From Treponemataceae bacterium (GTDB lineage Bacteria; Spirochaetota; Spirochaetia; Treponematales; Rectinemataceae), in assembly GCA_963678065.2 (NCBI GenBank), contig CAXXVZ010000003.1:1952001-2016000 (forward strand): a DNA stretch of 64,000 nucleotides, given 5' to 3'. Of this stretch, positions 29,960-40,139 are shown piece by piece. Under the pieces are notes generated by a model. That model was not told where the DNA came from. It searched no databases and worked only from the letters and a program-made list of their open reading frames with translations. The translations under genes and the position numbers were made by a program. Each line of letters begins with the position of its first letter. Positions within the stretch are counted from its first letter, which is position 1.

Positions 29960-29993
29960 TTATAGCCATACAATCATCCCCAGGAGGTCTCTC

Positions 29994-30596
29994 ATGAAAA
30001 TCGTGGTCATCGGTGCGACAGGAACTATCGGCCGGGCTGCAGCTGATGCCTTCTCCAAACGGGAACATGAGGTCATACGCACGTCGCGAGGTTCGGATCC
30101 ACACGTAGACATCGACGACCCCGCGACGCTTCAGATGCTCTTCGAGCGGGTTAAGGACATCGATGCGGTAGTCTCATGCGCCGGGCACGGCAAATGGAAT
30201 CCGCTTGCGGCGCTTACAGACAATGACCTGGCGATCTCGATTCAGAATAAGCTGATGGGGCAGGTGAACCTGATCCGCATTGCAATGAATCGAGTGAAGG
30301 ATGGCGGGTCGATCACGGTGACAAGCGGCATGTTGGCGACCCGGCCGATGCCGGGAAGCGCCGCGATATCTCTCGCCAATGGAGGTCTCGATGGTTTTGT
30401 TCGCGCCGCGGCCCTCGAGATGCCGCGCGGCGTGCGGGTAAATGTCGTTAGTCCACACTGGGTGACGGAAACTCTCCGCTCACTGAAGATGGACGAGTCG
30501 CGCGGACTTGCCGCCACAGATGTAGCGAAAGCATATGTTGCAGCAGTCGAAGGGACGATGAACGGCGAGGTGCTGGAACCGGCCACGTTCGTCTGA
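29994..30596 (+). CDS. Short-chain dehydrogenase (short, atypical type)
   Basis: MKIVVIGATGTIG; NKLMGQVNL; RVNVVSP; AGGAGG RBS. Confidence 0.88.
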   Translation: MKIVVIGATGTIGRAAADAFSKREHEVIRTSRGSDPHVDIDDPATLQMLFERVKDIDAVVSCAGHGKWNPLAALTDNDLAISIQNKLMGQVNLIRIAMNRVKDGGSITVTSGMLATRPMPGSAAISLANGGLDGFVRAAALEMPRGVRVNVVSPHWVTETLRSLKMDESRGLAATDVAKAYVAAVEGTMNGEVLEPATFV

Positions 30597-30635
30597 TGGA
30601 ACGATGCGGAAGCGGTTTTCAGGCCTGAACAAATA

Positions 30636-31106
30636 CTACTGTATCTTTTCCCACGAGAAGTTCAGTTTCCAGAAGGAAGAGGCCTTCCCCTGATTTTCGA
30701 AAGAGATGACCTTGATCAGGTAGAGACTTTGGCCATCTGCGCCCTGTACGACATACATGCCGGGCGATGGAGCGTTAACGTAGCTTTTCCATCCCGCAAC
30801 CGTTTCCGGACTCAAGTCTCTGGCTCCAGGGGTTTCAGTTCCGAATTCTTTTATCTTTGCGCCCCCAAGCGCACCGAGCGCGAAAGAATACGCTCCCTGG
30901 CGGCCCTGGTTCACGAAAAAAGAAAGATCAGCCTGTTTGTCGCCGTTTATCGTCACGGTCTGGTCAGAAAACTTGAAGCCCTGATACACCTTCAGCGTAA
31001 CTACAGTGGCGGCGGAAGCGGAGGCCGCGAAAATGCTCATGGCCGCCAGCAGCATGATGAACAGTGCATGTTTGGGACGACAGCGATTCACTATTGGCTT
31101 TTTCAC
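30636..31106 (-). CDS. Hypothetical secreted protein
   Basis: AAGGAA RBS, signal peptide ending ASA-SA, beta-rich mature region; no family recognised. Confidence 0.65.
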   Translation of the reverse strand: MKKPIVNRCRPKHALFIMLLAAMSIFAASASAATVVTLKVYQGFKFSDQTVTINGDKQADLSFFVNQGRQGAYSFALGALGGAKIKEFGTETPGARDLSPETVAGWKSYVNAPSPGMYVVQGADGQSLYLIKVISFENQGKASSFWKLNFSWEKIQ

Positions 31107-31406
31107 GAATTATTCCTTATGGGGTATCCGGAATGTTTGTACCATGAATCGACAGAGGGAAACAGGTGCGTTCTGACAAAAAAGGGAGTATAGATCGATG
31201 CGCGGCACGAAGGGCCGTGACGCCGATGCCTTGTCCCCCCTCCACGAGACCGTTATAGTTCTACGTCGTGACAGGATCCGACGAACTCCACCTCCGTGAA
31301 CATCGAGTTTTTCGACATTCTCTTCCCAGGCTGTACAGACTGTGCTGCGCCCCCTGCCTGTCCGGGAATCGGCGTCGATCGGCCGTAGAAACAAAGCGGC
31401 ATTCAG

Positions 31407-32486
31407 ATGGAGGCGAAGTTCAGCATGGCACCAGAATCGATGGAACCGCACCGGCGGCGCCCGCGCTATAGGGGAACGCATCCGCGTTCATTCGCAGAAA
31501 AATACAAGGAGCTGAATCCGGAACTCTATCCGGAGGATGTAGAAAAGGTTCTCGCGCGCGGAGACACGCCGGCGGGGAGTCACCGCAGCATCTTTCTGCG
31601 GGAAGTCCTTGAAGTTCTGGCGCCAAAACCGACAGAGATCGCGATCGATGCGACTCTGGGGCATGGAGGCCATGCCATGGAGATTCTGCGGGCGATCCAG
31701 CCCGAGGGTAAACTCTATGGCCTCGACAGGGATCCTCTTGAGATTTCAAGAACGGAGGCGAGGTTGCGCGCGTCGGGCTTTCCCGAAAGCGTCCTTTCCG
31801 TCCGGCAGATGAATTTCGCCGAACTGCCCGATCTTCTCGCGAACGAGAAACTGTCCGGCGTGGATATGATTCTCGCCGACCTCGGTGTCTCTTCGATGCA
31901 AATCGACAATCCGGACCGCGGCTTTACCTTCAAGCGCGAAGGCCCTCTCGACATGCGCATGGACCCGACTCGCGGCCCAAGCGCGGCGGATCTTCTGCTC
32001 ACGATATCCGAGACCCGGCTGCGCGACCTGATAGCCGATTATGCAGACGAGCCCGAAGCCCCCGTGATTGCGCGCGTGCTCACCCAGCGCCGCGGGACGA
32101 TCAAGACGACCGGAGACTTGGCGGAGGCCGTACGCGATGCCCTGCGGAGTAGATTGAACCCGGACGACATGACCCGGAAGTCCATCCGGCGCACTTTTCA
32201 GGCTCTCCGCATAGAAGTGAACGGGGAGCTCGCCGCACTGGAAAAACTGCTTGCGGCGCTCCCCTCCTGTCTCAACGGGGGTGGCCGCGTCGCTGTCCTC
32301 TGCTTTCATTCAGGCGAAGAAAATCGAGTGGAACGATCGTTCCGCGACGGTTTTGAGCGCGGGCTCTACTCCTCGATTGCCGAACGCGGCATTCGGCCAG
32401 GCGCCGAAGAACGGTATCAGAACCCTCGCTCCTCGTCGGCTCGACTCTGGTGGGCTATCAAGAACCCAAAATGTCTGATATCCTGA
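31407..32486 (+). CDS. rsmH: RsmH/MraW-family 16S rRNA m4C1402 methyltransferase homolog
   Basis: DATLGHGGHA, DLGVSSMQ, PLDMRMD, FQALRIEVN, FHSGE, NPRSSSARL. Confidence 0.85.
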   Translation: MEAKFSMAPESMEPHRRRPRYRGTHPRSFAEKYKELNPELYPEDVEKVLARGDTPAGSHRSIFLREVLEVLAPKPTEIAIDATLGHGGHAMEILRAIQPEGKLYGLDRDPLEISRTEARLRASGFPESVLSVRQMNFAELPDLLANEKLSGVDMILADLGVSSMQIDNPDRGFTFKREGPLDMRMDPTRGPSAADLLLTISETRLRDLIADYADEPEAPVIARVLTQRRGTIKTTGDLAEAVRDALRSRLNPDDMTRKSIRRTFQALRIEVNGELAALEKLLAALPSCLNGGGRVAVLCFHSGEENRVERSFRDGFERGLYSSIAERGIRPGAEERYQNPRSSSARLWWAIKNPKCLIS

Positions 32487-32543
32487 CATCATGCTTGTGT
32501 AGTAATTATGCACAGGTCCAATTATGGCATGATGGAGTACAGG

Positions 32544-33353
32544 ATGCGAATAATCAGGTTCGAAAAAGAGGATGGGGAGCAGGTCTATGGAGTATCGGAC
32601 AACGACGTGGATGCGCGACTCATCGTCGGAGATATATTCGCGGATTGGCATGTGCAATCGGACAGAGTGAAAGTCAGTAAGATACTGAAGCCCCTCGATC
32701 CCGTAAACATTTTCTGCATCGGTCTCAATTACAAAGAACATGCAAAAGAATCCGGAGAGAGACTTCCCTCTGTCCCGCTCGTGTTCAGCAAACCTACGAC
32801 TGCGACCATCGGTCCCGATGAGTCGATAATCATCCCTTCATGCACATCGGAAAGCGGCGAAGTCGATTTCGAGTGCGAACTGGCCGTCATCATCGGGAAA
32901 ATGGCGAAGAATGTCGAGGCGGCCGATTCGCTCGAATACGTTCTGGGCTACACCGCCGCCAACGATGTATCGGCCCGGGAAATACAGATAAAAACGAACG
33001 GCGGACAGTGGTTTCTCGGAAAGTCCTTCGACACATTCTGCCCAATAGGCCCCGCGATTGTCACGACCGATGAAATACCCGATCCCCAGAATCTGAATAT
33101 CAGGACAGTCCTGAACGGGAAAACGATGCAGAACGAAAACACGGCGGACATGATATTCCCGGTCGCCGAAATCGTCTCGTTTCTGAGCAAACATGTGACG
33201 CTGATGCCTGGCACGATTATTCTGACGGGGACCCCAAAGGGTGTGGGGTTCACGCGGAAACCGCCGGTATTCCTGAAGCCGGAGGATTCGGTTTCGATCG
33301 TGATCGACAGGATCGGGGAGCTGCGGAACTCAGTTCAGGCCGGAAACGCCTGA
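32544..33353 (+). CDS. Fumarylacetoacetate hydrolase family protein
   Basis: CIGLNY; DFECELAV; NDVSAR; GKSFDTFCP; TGTPKGVG. Confidence 0.92.
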   Translation: MRIIRFEKEDGEQVYGVSDNDVDARLIVGDIFADWHVQSDRVKVSKILKPLDPVNIFCIGLNYKEHAKESGERLPSVPLVFSKPTTATIGPDESIIIPSCTSESGEVDFECELAVIIGKMAKNVEAADSLEYVLGYTAANDVSAREIQIKTNGGQWFLGKSFDTFCPIGPAIVTTDEIPDPQNLNIRTVLNGKTMQNENTADMIFPVAEIVSFLSKHVTLMPGTIILTGTPKGVGFTRKPPVFLKPEDSVSIVIDRIGELRNSVQAGNA

Positions 33354-34067
33354 GGATTCATCGCCGACCTCGGGGACGTTGATGACAGAATGTATGTCTG
33401 CGAGAGAGATTTCCAGGTGCTTCTTCATCTCGAGGATGCCGACCTCGGCGTTCCGCTCCTGAATGGCCTTGTAGATATTTCTGTGGGGCTGCAGCGCATT
33501 CTTGACATTTTCCTTCATCGCGAACGAGCGCAGGCGATACTCTTTGAAAGCCTCATCCAGCTTCTCGTTGATCGTGGAGAGGAGTTTGTTGTGGGAGGCG
33601 TCGATGATCATGGAGTGGAACAGGGCATCGGATTCGGCCAGATCGATGACAGTCCCGCTCGCCATGGCCTTCTCGAATACGTCGAGAGCTTCACCGATCT
33701 TTTCTACCTCTTCGTCGCTCGCCCGGCTGATCGCGAGTTTTACCGCCAGAGGCTCGAAAGCGAGACGTATCTCCATCAGATCGTGCAGTGCGAACTCATT
33801 CTTGGTAAACCAATCCCGGATATTGGGTTCCGAATCCTCTACGGTCTTTATCACGAACGCGCCGCGACCTTGCTGAATCTGTATGAAACCGAACGCCTTC
33901 AGCATTCTGAGCGCTTCGCGGATCGTCGAGCGTCCTACGCCGAGTTCATCGGAAAGCTCTTTTTCGGTGGCGAGTTTGTCGCCCGGTTTGTATTTGCCAC
34001 CAAGAATTTCCGCTTTGATTCTTTTTGCGACCTCATCGGTGACGGATACACGTTCTATGGATTTCAT
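33330..34067 (-). CDS. FadR/GntR family regulator
   Basis: ELGVGRSTIREAL; FCD domain FH..ASHN..H. Confidence 0.92.
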   Translation of the reverse strand: MKSIERVSVTDEVAKRIKAEILGGKYKPGDKLATEKELSDELGVGRSTIREALRMLKAFGFIQIQQGRGAFVIKTVEDSEPNIRDWFTKNEFALHDLMEIRLAFEPLAVKLAISRASDEEVEKIGEALDVFEKAMASGTVIDLAESDALFHSMIIDASHNKLLSTINEKLDEAFKEYRLRSFAMKENVKNALQPHRNIYKAIQERNAEVGILEMKKHLEISLADIHSVINVPEVGDESSGVSGLN

Positions 34068-34177
34068 GCGACACTCTCTTGATGGGCACCACGCAATTGT
34101 CTGACGTCAGGGTAGCATTAATGTAACACTCTGTCAACTAATGTTGCCTGTTCAAGAGAGCTCGCATGAAAATCGAA

Positions 34178-35068
34178 TCACTCGTCGACAATGTTTTCCA
34201 GAAATTTCCTTAACTGGGCGAGCTGGACAGCATTCACTTCGGACATCGGGCTTCTGGAATTGCCGCAATTCCGGCCGGTCAGCTGCAATGCGGCCTTGAT
34301 TCTGGCCGGAAATTGCGGCCCCCGGACGATCTTCCAGACAGGAAACATGGAGTTCTGGATAGCCAGAGCCGCCTGATGATCGCCGCCCCTGGTGAGATTC
34401 CACATCTTCACGCAGAGTTTGGGGAAGAGCGAGAGAATCGCCGAGATGGCGCCATCGGCGCCGAGGTCGAATGTCGAGTAGATCATCTCGTCGGTCGCGC
34501 TGTAGATCATGCCTCTCTCGCCGTTCGTGATCTTCATGTCATAGAAGGCCATGATTCCGCCCACGCTCTGCTTTATCCCGACAACATTTTCGATATCGAG
34601 CAGCGCGCTGAACATCTCCGGCGTGATTTCGTTCTGCGGCACGACATTGTAGACTACTATCGGCAGATTGACCGCGTCGGAGATCGCCCGGAAGAAATCG
34701 GCGTTCCCCTTGGCATCGGGAACGAGGACATTGTAGAACACCGGTGTGACCATGAGAGCGTCGGCCCCGGCCTTCGCCGCGGCCTTCGCCGTGGATATCG
34801 CCGCCTGCGTCGAGGTCCTGATTACGCCGGCCACGATGGGAATGTTTCTCGTATTCTCTTCTTTGATGATTTCAATCAGTTGCACGAGTTCTTCGTCCCG
34901 TAACGCCGCTCCCTCGCCTGTGCTTCCTCCGGGACTGATTCCATGGATCCCGCACGACATGAGGTGTCTCACTTCGTTCCGGAAAAGATTTGCGTCGATT
35001 TGATCGTTGGAATCAAACGGCGTGACGACAGGCGGAATGATTCCGCCTAAATGCTGTCCTTTCTTCAT
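34178..35068 (-). CDS. DapA/NAL family aldolase or lyase
   Basis: GGSTGEG; YN; IKQS Schiff-base lysine. Confidence 0.88.
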   Translation of the reverse strand: MKKGQHLGGIIPPVVTPFDSNDQIDANLFRNEVRHLMSCGIHGISPGGSTGEGAALRDEELVQLIEIIKEENTRNIPIVAGVIRTSTQAAISTAKAAAKAGADALMVTPVFYNVLVPDAKGNADFFRAISDAVNLPIVVYNVVPQNEITPEMFSALLDIENVVGIKQSVGGIMAFYDMKITNGERGMIYSATDEMIYSTFDLGADGAISAILSLFPKLCVKMWNLTRGGDHQAALAIQNSMFPVWKIVRGPQFPARIKAALQLTGRNCGNSRSPMSEVNAVQLAQLRKFLENIVDE

Positions 35069-35104
35069 ACCAACTCCTCGAATCACGGAGCCTTCAGCCC
35101 CGCT

Positions 35105-36187
35105 TCAGATTATTCTTTCCAGGCCTTCTTTCAGTCTGTCGGTCATCCATTCTTCCTTCAGGCCCATCGCCTCTACAATGTACCTGAATATCGTTCGGGT
35201 ATTTTCCGCATTTCTTTCGATACCGAGGTCCTCGATCGACACGGGAGTGCCCAATCCCTTGAGGAATGACCTCGCGCACCCGATCTCGCTTCCGTCCATC
35301 CCGTTCACATACATCTGCAAGAGGATTCCGGCGGAGACTATCTCGCCGTGCAGGTATTTCTTCTGTTGCGCCTTGAAGTACTTGCACACCGAATCGTAGA
35401 ACGTGTGCGCGATGGCCAGCTGTTTGCCGCCGCTCACCAACGAAGAGACAGTCCCCGTGAGAGCTATGCCGGCGCACAGGCAATCTTCCAGCTCGACGGA
35501 ATTTTTCTTTTCGAGCGCGGACTCCAAGGCCTTTCCCCCCTTTTCGAAAAACGCGTCCCAGGTGAACTTGGAGAGGGCGAGGGCCGTCGATGGGAGAATG
35601 GTTTTTTCCCAGTCTGGCGAATAGTCGATGCTGAAGGCTATTTCCGGGTATTTGGCCGCCGCATCGGCGATTCCGGAAGCAAGCATCCTTGCCGGGCAAT
35701 CGTGAATAAGAATATCCAGGTCGACGAGAACGCAGAGCACTTCCCTGTTGTGGAAGACGCTGTACAGCACGTCGCCGGCCTCGTTGTAGATCACGCTCAG
35801 GACGGCGTAGGCTGCGCATGTCGCGGCCGAGGTCGGGACCGTCACGACACCGAGGTTCAGATTATTCGCGACCATCTTGGCGGTATCGAGGACTTTCCCG
35901 CCACCGACACCGACTATGATGTCCGCACCGAAACTCCCGGCCATTTCCCCGTATTTCGAGCACTGCACCAGCGTACAGTGGCCTGAAAACTCCGCGATTT
36001 CATACTGAATGCCGTTCTGCCTCAACTCAGGCTCGAATTTTCCGCGGGCAACGGACAGCGCCGTCCTGCCTCCGATGATCAGCGCCCTGTGAACGCCGAG
36101 TCTTTTCAGCTCCGAACCTAAAAGGCCAGCGGCGCCTGCGGCCTGGATATACCGTCCACCACCCAGATACGGACTTCCGTTTCTCAT
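35105..36187 (-). CDS. Glycerol dehydrogenase-like metal-dependent alcohol dehydrogenase
   Basis: GVGGGKVLDTAK; PTSAATCA; GIADA, AH and HGEIV metal ligands. Start trimmed to MRNGS. Confidence 0.88.
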   Translation of the reverse strand: MRNGSPYLGGGRYIQAAGAAGLLGSELKRLGVHRALIIGGRTALSVARGKFEPELRQNGIQYEIAEFSGHCTLVQCSKYGEMAGSFGADIIVGVGGGKVLDTAKMVANNLNLGVVTVPTSAATCAAYAVLSVIYNEAGDVLYSVFHNREVLCVLVDLDILIHDCPARMLASGIADAAAKYPEIAFSIDYSPDWEKTILPSTALALSKFTWDAFFEKGGKALESALEKKNSVELEDCLCAGIALTGTVSSLVSGGKQLAIAHTFYDSVCKYFKAQQKKYLHGEIVSAGILLQMYVNGMDGSEIGCARSFLKGLGTPVSIEDLGIERNAENTRTIFRYIVEAMGLKEEWMTDRLKEGLERII

Positions 36188-36198
36188 TTCAATTTCCC

Positions 36199-37491
36199 CT
36201 ATTTTACAAGGCCTGCGAGCCGCGGGACAAAGAGGGCGGCATCGGGAACTAAGGTAATGAATGCCAGGCTTATGAAGGCCAATATGTAAAATGGAGTCAA
36301 AGCCTTGATGAGCTTTTCCAGTGTCGTTTTGCCCACCGCGCAGGTAGCGTACAGAACGACTCCGACGGGAGGCGTGATTAGTCCTATTACCAAGTTGACA
36401 ATCATGATCACCGAGAAGTGAATGGGATTGACTCCGGCGGAGATGGCTATGGGGGCGAGAATGGGTGCGAAGAGGATGACAGCGGAGCCGGTCTCCATCC
36501 ACATGCCGATTATTATCAGAAGGACATTCAACAGCAGAAGAAGGATGTATTTGTTGTGAGAAATGCTCAGAAGGAACTGCGCGATCTTTTCAGGTATCCG
36601 CTCGGAACCGAGAGCCCAGGAGTACGAGGCGGCGAGGGCGACGATTATGAACAGCATGGCGCTCGTCTTCACGGTCGCTTCCAGAGCCTCCCAGATATCT
36701 TTCAGTTTCGCCTCGCGATAGACGAAGAACGACGCGATCAGTGAGTACAGCACCGCCACGGCTGCGGCTTCGGTCGGGGTAAACACTCCGCCCACGATTC
36801 CGACGAGAATGATCGCCGGCATCCCTATCGCCACGAGCCCGTCGGTCCAAATTTTGCGTTTTGTCTTCGCATCATATTTTATGGTGACTTTAGGAAGGTT
36901 CAGTTTCTTGCCATACAGCAGGATGTACAGGCACTGGCTGCCGCCGATCAGTAGGCCCGGTATCAGGCCGCCAAGGAGAACCGCGCCCACGGACATGCTC
37001 ATGATGCCCGCATACAGAATCGCTATCGAGCTGGGAGGTATCAGAGGGCTCTGGATGGACGAAGCCGCCGTCAGAGCGCAGGAAAAATCCCTGTCGTAGC
37101 CGACCTCCGTCATCGCGTCGATTTCCATCTTTCCCAGAGCGGCGATATCGGACAAGGCCGCGCCGGAAATACTCCCGAAGACCGTACTCTGGACGACATT
37201 CACGTAGGCCAGTCCTCCCCTCACCCTTCCCACCAGCAGATTGATGAGTGCGAAAAGCTTGCTGGAGACGCCTCCGCGGACCATTATTTCCGCGCTCATG
37301 ACAAAGAACGGGAGGGCGAGCAAGGTGAAGGAGTTGACTCCGGAGAACATGCGCAGCGGTACGATCACCAGATTCATCGGATTGGTCATGAGGATGAAAC
37401 CGACCGACGCGATCCCGATGGAAAAGGCTATCGGCATTCCCAGGAGGATGAAAGCCATCAGCCCGACGGTTGAAATCCAGAAAGCAGTCAT
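36199..37491 (-). CDS. TRAP transporter large permease (DctM)
   Basis: FTLLALPFF; ISGAALSD; LIPPS; GVFTPTEAAAV; ITPPVG. Confidence 0.93.
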   Translation of the reverse strand: MTAFWISTVGLMAFILLGMPIAFSIGIASVGFILMTNPMNLVIVPLRMFSGVNSFTLLALPFFVMSAEIMVRGGVSSKLFALINLLVGRVRGGLAYVNVVQSTVFGSISGAALSDIAALGKMEIDAMTEVGYDRDFSCALTAASSIQSPLIPPSSIAILYAGIMSMSVGAVLLGGLIPGLLIGGSQCLYILLYGKKLNLPKVTIKYDAKTKRKIWTDGLVAIGMPAIILVGIVGGVFTPTEAAAVAVLYSLIASFFVYREAKLKDIWEALEATVKTSAMLFIIVALAASYSWALGSERIPEKIAQFLLSISHNKYILLLLLNVLLIIIGMWMETGSAVILFAPILAPIAISAGVNPIHFSVIMIVNLVIGLITPPVGVVLYATCAVGKTTLEKLIKALTPFYILAFISLAFITLVPDAALFVPRLAGLVK

Positions 37492-37985
37492 AACTTGCTC
37501 CGCTTTGTCGTTTTTTCTGTCCGGAATATTTCTACGAACAGGCCTATGAATTGCAGGATCATCAAGGATAAGCCGACGATGACGCCCAGCTGCGGAATTA
37601 CCATCGTGATTCCGAGCGCGGGAGCCCTCTCCCGGCCCCATACATTCGGTATCGCTTTCATCGCCAGAACAAACAGGAAAACAATGAAGACGAACGCTAT
37701 CGTCTTGATGACCATGTCGGCCATCCTGCTTGTTTTCGGAGAAAATTTTTCAGTCAGAAACGTTACGGTCAGATTGTCCCAATTCTTGATCGAAGTGCTG
37801 GCAGCGAGAAATACTGTCCAGACGAGAAGGAATTTGGCGAGTTCTTCCGACCATACCAAGGGATTTTTCAGGACATACCGAAAGAAAACACTGGAAAGAA
37901 TCAAAATCAGATTGAGCGCCATGAGAACATTGGTCAGGTATTTGACCACGCGCTCTATCCCGGAAAACAGGCCCTTCCCGCTCAT
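37488..37985 (-). CDS. TRAP transporter small permease (DctQ)
   Basis: VFFRYVL..WSEELAKFLLVW; 4 TM segments. Confidence 0.92.
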   Translation of the reverse strand: MSGKGLFSGIERVVKYLTNVLMALNLILILSSVFFRYVLKNPLVWSEELAKFLLVWTVFLAASTSIKNWDNLTVTFLTEKFSPKTSRMADMVIKTIAFVFIVFLFVLAMKAIPNVWGRERAPALGITMVIPQLGVIVGLSLMILQFIGLFVEIFRTEKTTKRSKL

Positions 37986-38008
37986 GGAATGTCTCCTTGA
38001 ATGCGATC

Positions 38009-38042
38009 GGGACGGAACACACGTTCCAGTGCGTTCCGTCCC
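38009..38042 (-). other. Intergenic stem-loop between dctP and dctQ
   Basis: 14-bp stem gggacggaacacac/gtgcgttccgtccc (one G-U pair on the - strand). Confidence 0.75.
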
Positions 38043-38051
38043 CTTTGATTT

Positions 38052-39077
38052 TTACTTCGTGGAATTGATAACCTTTTCCACAGTCGCCGGATTGATGTTT
38101 TTCTTCAGCCAATCGATGACGGGCTGCTGTGTCGCCGCTTTGAATGTCGCCTTCTCCGCCGCATTCGGATAGTAGATCTGGACTCCCGCTTTCTGAACCG
38201 CTTCAAGCGCGAGGGAATCGTTGGCCCTGGAGGTTCCGCGCGCCGCATATTCGGCTATCTTTCCAGCCTCGAGTATCGCGGTCTGCAGATCGGCGGGCAG
38301 GGACTTGAGCCATTTTTCGCTCGTGACGATCATGGCCGAACCGAGGAGGTGCTCGTCGATCGTGTAGAATTTCTGAACTTCCTGCAGGGATCCGCCGAGG
38401 ATCGTGGCCGCGGAATTTTCCTGTCCATCGACGACGCCGGTCTGGAGGGCATTGTACAGTTCGAGCCAGGCGATCGGCGTGGGGCTCGCTCCGAGCGCCT
38501 TCACCATTTCCATATGAACCGGAATGGTCATGGTTCTCAGTTTCATGCCCTTCATGTCGGAGGCAGTCTTGATGGTCTTCTTGCTGTTGGAGAAACTTCT
38601 GAATCCGCCGTTGTCGTAGATGGCGAGTACGCGAAGGCCGGATACTTTCGCCATATCATCGAAAAAGGCTTTTCCTACAGGGCTGTCCCAGAGCTTGTAC
38701 GCGTCGAGGGCGCTGTCGAAGAGGTAAGGAATCGAGAAGGCCTGGATGTCTTTGTAGAAGGGAGCGACGGCACCGTCGGCGGGAGTGGCTCCCTGAAGCG
38801 TCCCGGAGAAGATCTGCTGCATGTTCTCATTCGCGTCGCCGAGCCTACCGTAGGGATAATTTTCCACGACGATGCGGCCGTTCGACAGCTTCTCGAGGGC
38901 GCCTTTGAATGCGACCATGCCGGCGTACGAGTGGTGCATGACCTGGAGATCGCCGATTTTCATGAATGGAGGATCTGTAAATGCCATCTTGAACACGATT
39001 GGCTGTTGCGCAAAAAGACCTGCGACCGAAAACAGAACAAGAATAGCTACTACCGCACTACGTTTCATGCTCTTCAT
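38052..39077 (-). CDS. TRAP transporter solute-binding protein (DctP)
   Basis: GFR; GMKLRTM (carboxylate-binding Arg); ELYNALQTGVVDGQEN. Confidence 0.93.
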   Translation of the reverse strand: MKSMKRSAVVAILVLFSVAGLFAQQPIVFKMAFTDPPFMKIGDLQVMHHSYAGMVAFKGALEKLSNGRIVVENYPYGRLGDANENMQQIFSGTLQGATPADGAVAPFYKDIQAFSIPYLFDSALDAYKLWDSPVGKAFFDDMAKVSGLRVLAIYDNGGFRSFSNSKKTIKTASDMKGMKLRTMTIPVHMEMVKALGASPTPIAWLELYNALQTGVVDGQENSAATILGGSLQEVQKFYTIDEHLLGSAMIVTSEKWLKSLPADLQTAILEAGKIAEYAARGTSRANDSLALEAVQKAGVQIYYPNAAEKATFKAATQQPVIDWLKKNINPATVEKVINSTK

Positions 39078-39172
39078 CTCAAGCCTCCTGAAGATTGTTC
39101 CCGTCTCCAACGAGATGGGTTTGCATACCGAAGCACCGACCCGCATCGTTCCGATGACGACCCGCGTCTCCG

Positions 39173-40099
39173 CTATTTGATAAGTCCGAGCGACTGCATC
39201 ACTTTCCGGACATTCTCGATTTCATCCTTGCTCCCCCGGGAGAGCGGAGCGCGCGGCACTCCGGCATCGAGTCCATACAGTCTCATGGCCTCTTTCCAGA
39301 GGGCGACAGGGTTCGTGCGATTGTTCTGCCCCATGATTTTCAACAGGGGATAGAGTTTGCGCTGCTGGATCGCCGCTTCCTGAATTTTCCCCGCGAGGAA
39401 ATCCTCGATCATTTTCCGGATGCGATCGCCGACAACGTGGGAAGCTCCCGAGATGACTCCGCCGATGCGGGCATCCCCGCCCTGGGCGTAGGCTTCGAGA
39501 ATCATCGTGTCATCGCCGTTGTAGATGATGAAATCTTCGGGAGTGGCGTTGAGGAAGGCGGTTATCTGTTTCGGGTTGAGTTCAGCCTCTTCTTTGATCG
39601 CGACGATATTTTCCTGTCTGGCAAGCCGCGCCACGGTCGCCGGATCGATGTTCACGCCGACAAAAATAGGAATGTTGTACAGCATGATGTTGATGGACAC
39701 CGATTCGGAGAGGCGCATGTAATGCCTGTACAGTTCTTCCTGATTCGGTTTGGCATAGTACGGAGCCACGCACATCACCGTCTCGAATCCGATCGCCTCG
39801 GCTTTTTTCGCCAGCGCGACCGTCTCGATCGTCGACGCGCATCCGATTCCGGCGATCATCGGTATTTTGCCCCCCACGCGCTCCTGCAGGACTTCGAACA
39901 AGCGCACGCGTTCATCGAAACTCATCGTGTGGAATTCACCCGTGGTTCCCGACAGGACGAGGGCATCGCCTTTCTTGTTTTCGATGATGTATTCTGCCAG
40001 GGCAACCGCTTTCCCGTAGTCCACCTCATCGTTTTCTTTAAAAGGGGTAACGAGCGGAATAAGAATCCTTCCATACTTTTCCTTAACGAATTTCCCCAT
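39173..40099 (-). CDS. DapA/NAL family aldolase or lyase
   Basis: GTTGEF; APYY; YNIP; AIKE. Confidence 0.88.
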   Translation of the reverse strand: MGKFVKEKYGRILIPLVTPFKENDEVDYGKAVALAEYIIENKKGDALVLSGTTGEFHTMSFDERVRLFEVLQERVGGKIPMIAGIGCASTIETVALAKKAEAIGFETVMCVAPYYAKPNQEELYRHYMRLSESVSINIMLYNIPIFVGVNIDPATVARLARQENIVAIKEEAELNPKQITAFLNATPEDFIIYNGDDTMILEAYAQGGDARIGGVISGASHVVGDRIRKMIEDFLAGKIQEAAIQQRKLYPLLKIMGQNNRTNPVALWKEAMRLYGLDAGVPRAPLSRGSKDEIENVRKVMQSLGLIK

Positions 40100-40139
40100 A
40101 GAATCCTCCCATGTTTGTTTCCGGGTCCGAACAGGACCA

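Noticed and set aside
39173..40099. Housekeeping dapA of lysine biosynthesis
   Set aside because: The catabolic TRAP/FadR context and the absence of dapB or asd mean the gene symbol was not assigned.
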